DNA of 64,000 nucleotides from an uncultured Candidatus Saccharibacteria bacterium (GTDB lineage Bacteria; Patescibacteriota; Saccharimonadia; Saccharimonadales; Saccharimonadaceae): NCBI GenBank assembly GCA_963552615.1, contig CAUVKG010000003.1, positions 15,163 to 79,162 of the forward strand, read 5' to 3'. Shown piece by piece: positions 61,865 to 64,000 of this stretch (position 1 is its first letter; each line of letters starts with the position of its first letter). The notes under the pieces were generated by a model. It saw only the letters and a program-made list of their open reading frames with translations, ran no database searches and was not told where the DNA came from. The position numbers and the translations under genes were made by a program.

Positions 61865-62053
61865 ATGATGACCGAATATTATGTTGAAGGCATAGACCTC
61901 ACCAGTAAGTCAACCGTAGTAAGATCTATCTCTGAAAAATATAGCATCTCCAGCAGACATAAGTTTCTGTCGGGAGAGAGCGAACTAATGAAGGAGGCCA
62001 AGCGAGTAAGAGCCATAAGCGGAATGGGGGCTACATCTTTAGCCTATATTTAA
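61865..62053 (+). CDS. Small hypothetical protein (62 aa)
   Basis: ORF track. GGAG 5 nt upstream. Confidence 0.3.
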   Translation: MMTEYYVEGIDLTSKSTVVRSISEKYSISSRHKFLSGESELMKEAKRVRAISGMGATSLAYI

Positions 62054-62075
62054 TAAACGAAGGAGGGTTAATATA

Positions 62076-62552
62076 ATGCACCCAGCAGAATATCGTCACA
62101 CTGAGACCTGGCCATATCATATTTCGGCAGGCGGGGTAGTCTATCGTCACCGAGAGGGTCAGTTGGAAGTGACAGTGCTCTACCGCAATCGACCGGATGG
62201 ACGACACTATCATCTGCCGAAAGGTACCTTACACCACGGCGAGACACTGGAGGACGACGCTCGACGAGAAGTGCTGGAGGAATCGGGCATACGAGCTGAG
62301 ATAAAGGGCTACCTGGGTGCCTTCACTGATGATTTCATGAAAGACGGCGTCCACCTCGATAAGACCACTCACTATTTCGCCATGATCCCGTTGGAAAATA
62401 CCGGCAAGCATGACGCCGAGCACGATGGTGTCGAATGGCTGGAATTCGATAAAGCTCGGAAGCTACTAGAGTCAAGCGAACCGATGAAGAAAGAATATAT
62501 CATCCTGGATCGCTTGCGAGACTTCTTAGATAAGTTTGAGCATAACGCATAG
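62076..62552 (+). CDS. NUDIX hydrolase
   Basis: Nudix box GTLHHGETLEDDARREVLEESGI. Confidence 0.85.
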   Translation: MHPAEYRHTETWPYHISAGGVVYRHREGQLEVTVLYRNRPDGRHYHLPKGTLHHGETLEDDARREVLEESGIRAEIKGYLGAFTDDFMKDGVHLDKTTHYFAMIPLENTGKHDAEHDGVEWLEFDKARKLLESSEPMKKEYIILDRLRDFLDKFEHNA

Positions 62553-62649
62553 CCCCCCCTGATAGACAAAGATCTCTCAACGATGATTCTGCTAGTCAGC
62601 CCGATCTTTGTGGCTGCGCTATAATATAACCACACCAGAGGAGGGAATA

Positions 62650-63726
62650 ATGACAAGTGACTATATCAAGGGGTTGAACGATGAGGTTAAAGCATATTAT
62701 CAGGTGCTTAGCCCCGAATTCCCCGATTGGCTAGCCGAATACATCGACACCCCGGCCATGAGGCGCCTCGAAGGAACCGGCATGAACTGGGGGTCAGACC
62801 ATACCGATCTCTACCACAATAAGTATTGGTACTCCAACCTTGCTCATAGCATAGGCGTGGCGCTGATTGTCTGGCACTACACTAGGGATCGTAAGCAAAC
62901 TCTAGCTGGGCTATTCCATGACATCGCTACGCCGACATTCAAGCACTGCATCGATTTCTTTCGAGGTGATTATCTGAAGCAAGAGGCGACCGAGGTCGAG
63001 ACCTCGCAGATGATTAATGATTCTCCCGAGATCATGCATCTACTCAAGCGTGACCACATCAAGCTGGATCAGGTCGATGATTATAAGCTTTATCCCGTTG
63101 CCGATAATGATACGCCGAAGCTTTCGGCTGACCGTTTCGAATATTCCTACTCAGCCGGACTGGTGCTTAACCGTGTCTGGGAGATAGATCAGATCAAACG
63201 CACTTACGACGACGTCATCATACTGCAAAATGAAGAGGGAGTCGACGAACTAGGTTTTCAGCACCTGCCGATAGCCGAAGAGTATATCGCCACCATCTCC
63301 CAGCTGTGGCCGTGCTGGGTCGAGAATCGTCACAAGTTAACTATGCAGTTCATCGCCGACGCTCTCAAACGGATGGTTAAGCAAGGGCTACTCCGACCAA
63401 GCGACTTTTACCGTTACAGCGAGGATGAAATCATTAGCCGGATCCTGAATAGCAGTGACGAGTACTTAGTGAGTCGTTTCCAACAGTTCCGGAAAGCAAA
63501 GCGGGTATGCGACAGCGACGCTCCAGTGGCAGGGAAGTACTGCCGGAGCATCATCACCAAACGACGCTACATCAATCCGCTCGTCCTGTCGGGCGACGGC
63601 ACAGCACGACGAGTCAGCGACCTTTCAGTGAAGGCTAAGCAATGTCTAGATGACTATCTAGCCTACCAACCCAGTCGGTACGCCTACCTCGACTTCGACT
63701 TCGACCCGGACTATCAGCTGGACTAG
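62650..63726 (+). CDS. HD-domain phosphohydrolase
   Basis: GGAGGG then ATG 62650. H...HD signature LAHSIGVALIV...GLFHDIATPTFKH. Confidence 0.7.
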   Translation: MTSDYIKGLNDEVKAYYQVLSPEFPDWLAEYIDTPAMRRLEGTGMNWGSDHTDLYHNKYWYSNLAHSIGVALIVWHYTRDRKQTLAGLFHDIATPTFKHCIDFFRGDYLKQEATEVETSQMINDSPEIMHLLKRDHIKLDQVDDYKLYPVADNDTPKLSADRFEYSYSAGLVLNRVWEIDQIKRTYDDVIILQNEEGVDELGFQHLPIAEEYIATISQLWPCWVENRHKLTMQFIADALKRMVKQGLLRPSDFYRYSEDEIISRILNSSDEYLVSRFQQFRKAKRVCDSDAPVAGKYCRSIITKRRYINPLVLSGDGTARRVSDLSVKAKQCLDDYLAYQPSRYAYLDFDFDPDYQLD

Positions 63727-63748
63727 GTTGTTAGCCCAAAATGCTACA

Positions 63749-64000
63749 ATAAGGATATGCCAAAGACCAAGAAATCACACCGAAAGAAAACTGGAAAAAT
63801 GGGCTCAAGGACATCTGGTTCGCAACCAACAACAGTCAATGGACATTTAACCTAGACGATGTGAAGATTCGGAAAAAAGTCATCGCCCCGTACAGAGAGA
63901 ATGGCGAGCCGAAAGATTGGCAAGCAACCAAAAATGGCAACTTCCGAGACACCTGTCCATCGAACTTCTGGGATGATTGTACAATTCCATATTGGTCAAT
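63749..64000 (+). pseudogene. Central fragment of a beta-class N4/N6 DNA methyltransferase frame lacking the N-terminal DPPY region (runs off the window)
   Basis: Frame reads ..KENWKNGLKDIWFATNNSQWTFNLDDVKIRKK...PSNFWDDCTIPYWS, like the WxK / ilwfsK..y.FN.ddi / dvWdi blocks of N6_N4_Mtase. No start codon in this frame. A promoter-proximal ATG at 63757 is in another frame and stops after 32 codons. Confidence 0.35.

Overview
The window is a densely packed, mostly housekeeping bacterial chromosome segment. Genes often overlap by 4-14 nt, and many are preceded by TGnTATAAT-type extended -10 boxes.

Gene content looks like a reduced-genome Patescibacteria/Saccharibacteria-type organism. It includes rplJ-rplL, dnaX, dnaB, ybaB-recR, cysS, tgt, ackA, dus, a UvrD-like helicase-nuclease, an alpha-glucan phosphorylase, a pullulanase, several MacB/FtsX-type ABC modules and polytopic GT-C-like membrane proteins. 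The lineage call is inference only.

I found one tRNA, tRNA-Gln(UUG). I found no rRNA, CRISPR array, intact transposase, integrase or phage structural gene.

Four things stand out:
1. At 18.6-27.9 kb, three tandem ~1000-aa paralogs of unknown function each have their own conserved promoter. Their N-terminal halves are divergent, their ~260-aa C-terminal domains are strongly conserved, and their 3' ends are nearly identical. A leaderless C5-cytosine methyltransferase and a small putative restriction endonuclease follow directly.
2. A modular small-ORF cassette sits next to tRNA-Gln and an IS30-type HTH remnant. It consists of a conserved TTGACA promoter, a covarying 5'-UTR hairpin, an unrelated small ORF, and a conserved ~100-nt structured 3' module with a terminator. 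A third copy of the promoter/leader lies 30 kb away.
3. A 616-aa protein carries a divergent RelA/SpoT-like synthetase domain and heads a two-component-system/ABC operon.
4. A Gly/Cys-codon-rich low-complexity locus lies next to an HExxH protein.

All functional calls come from motifs read by eye in the supplied translations. No database search was run.
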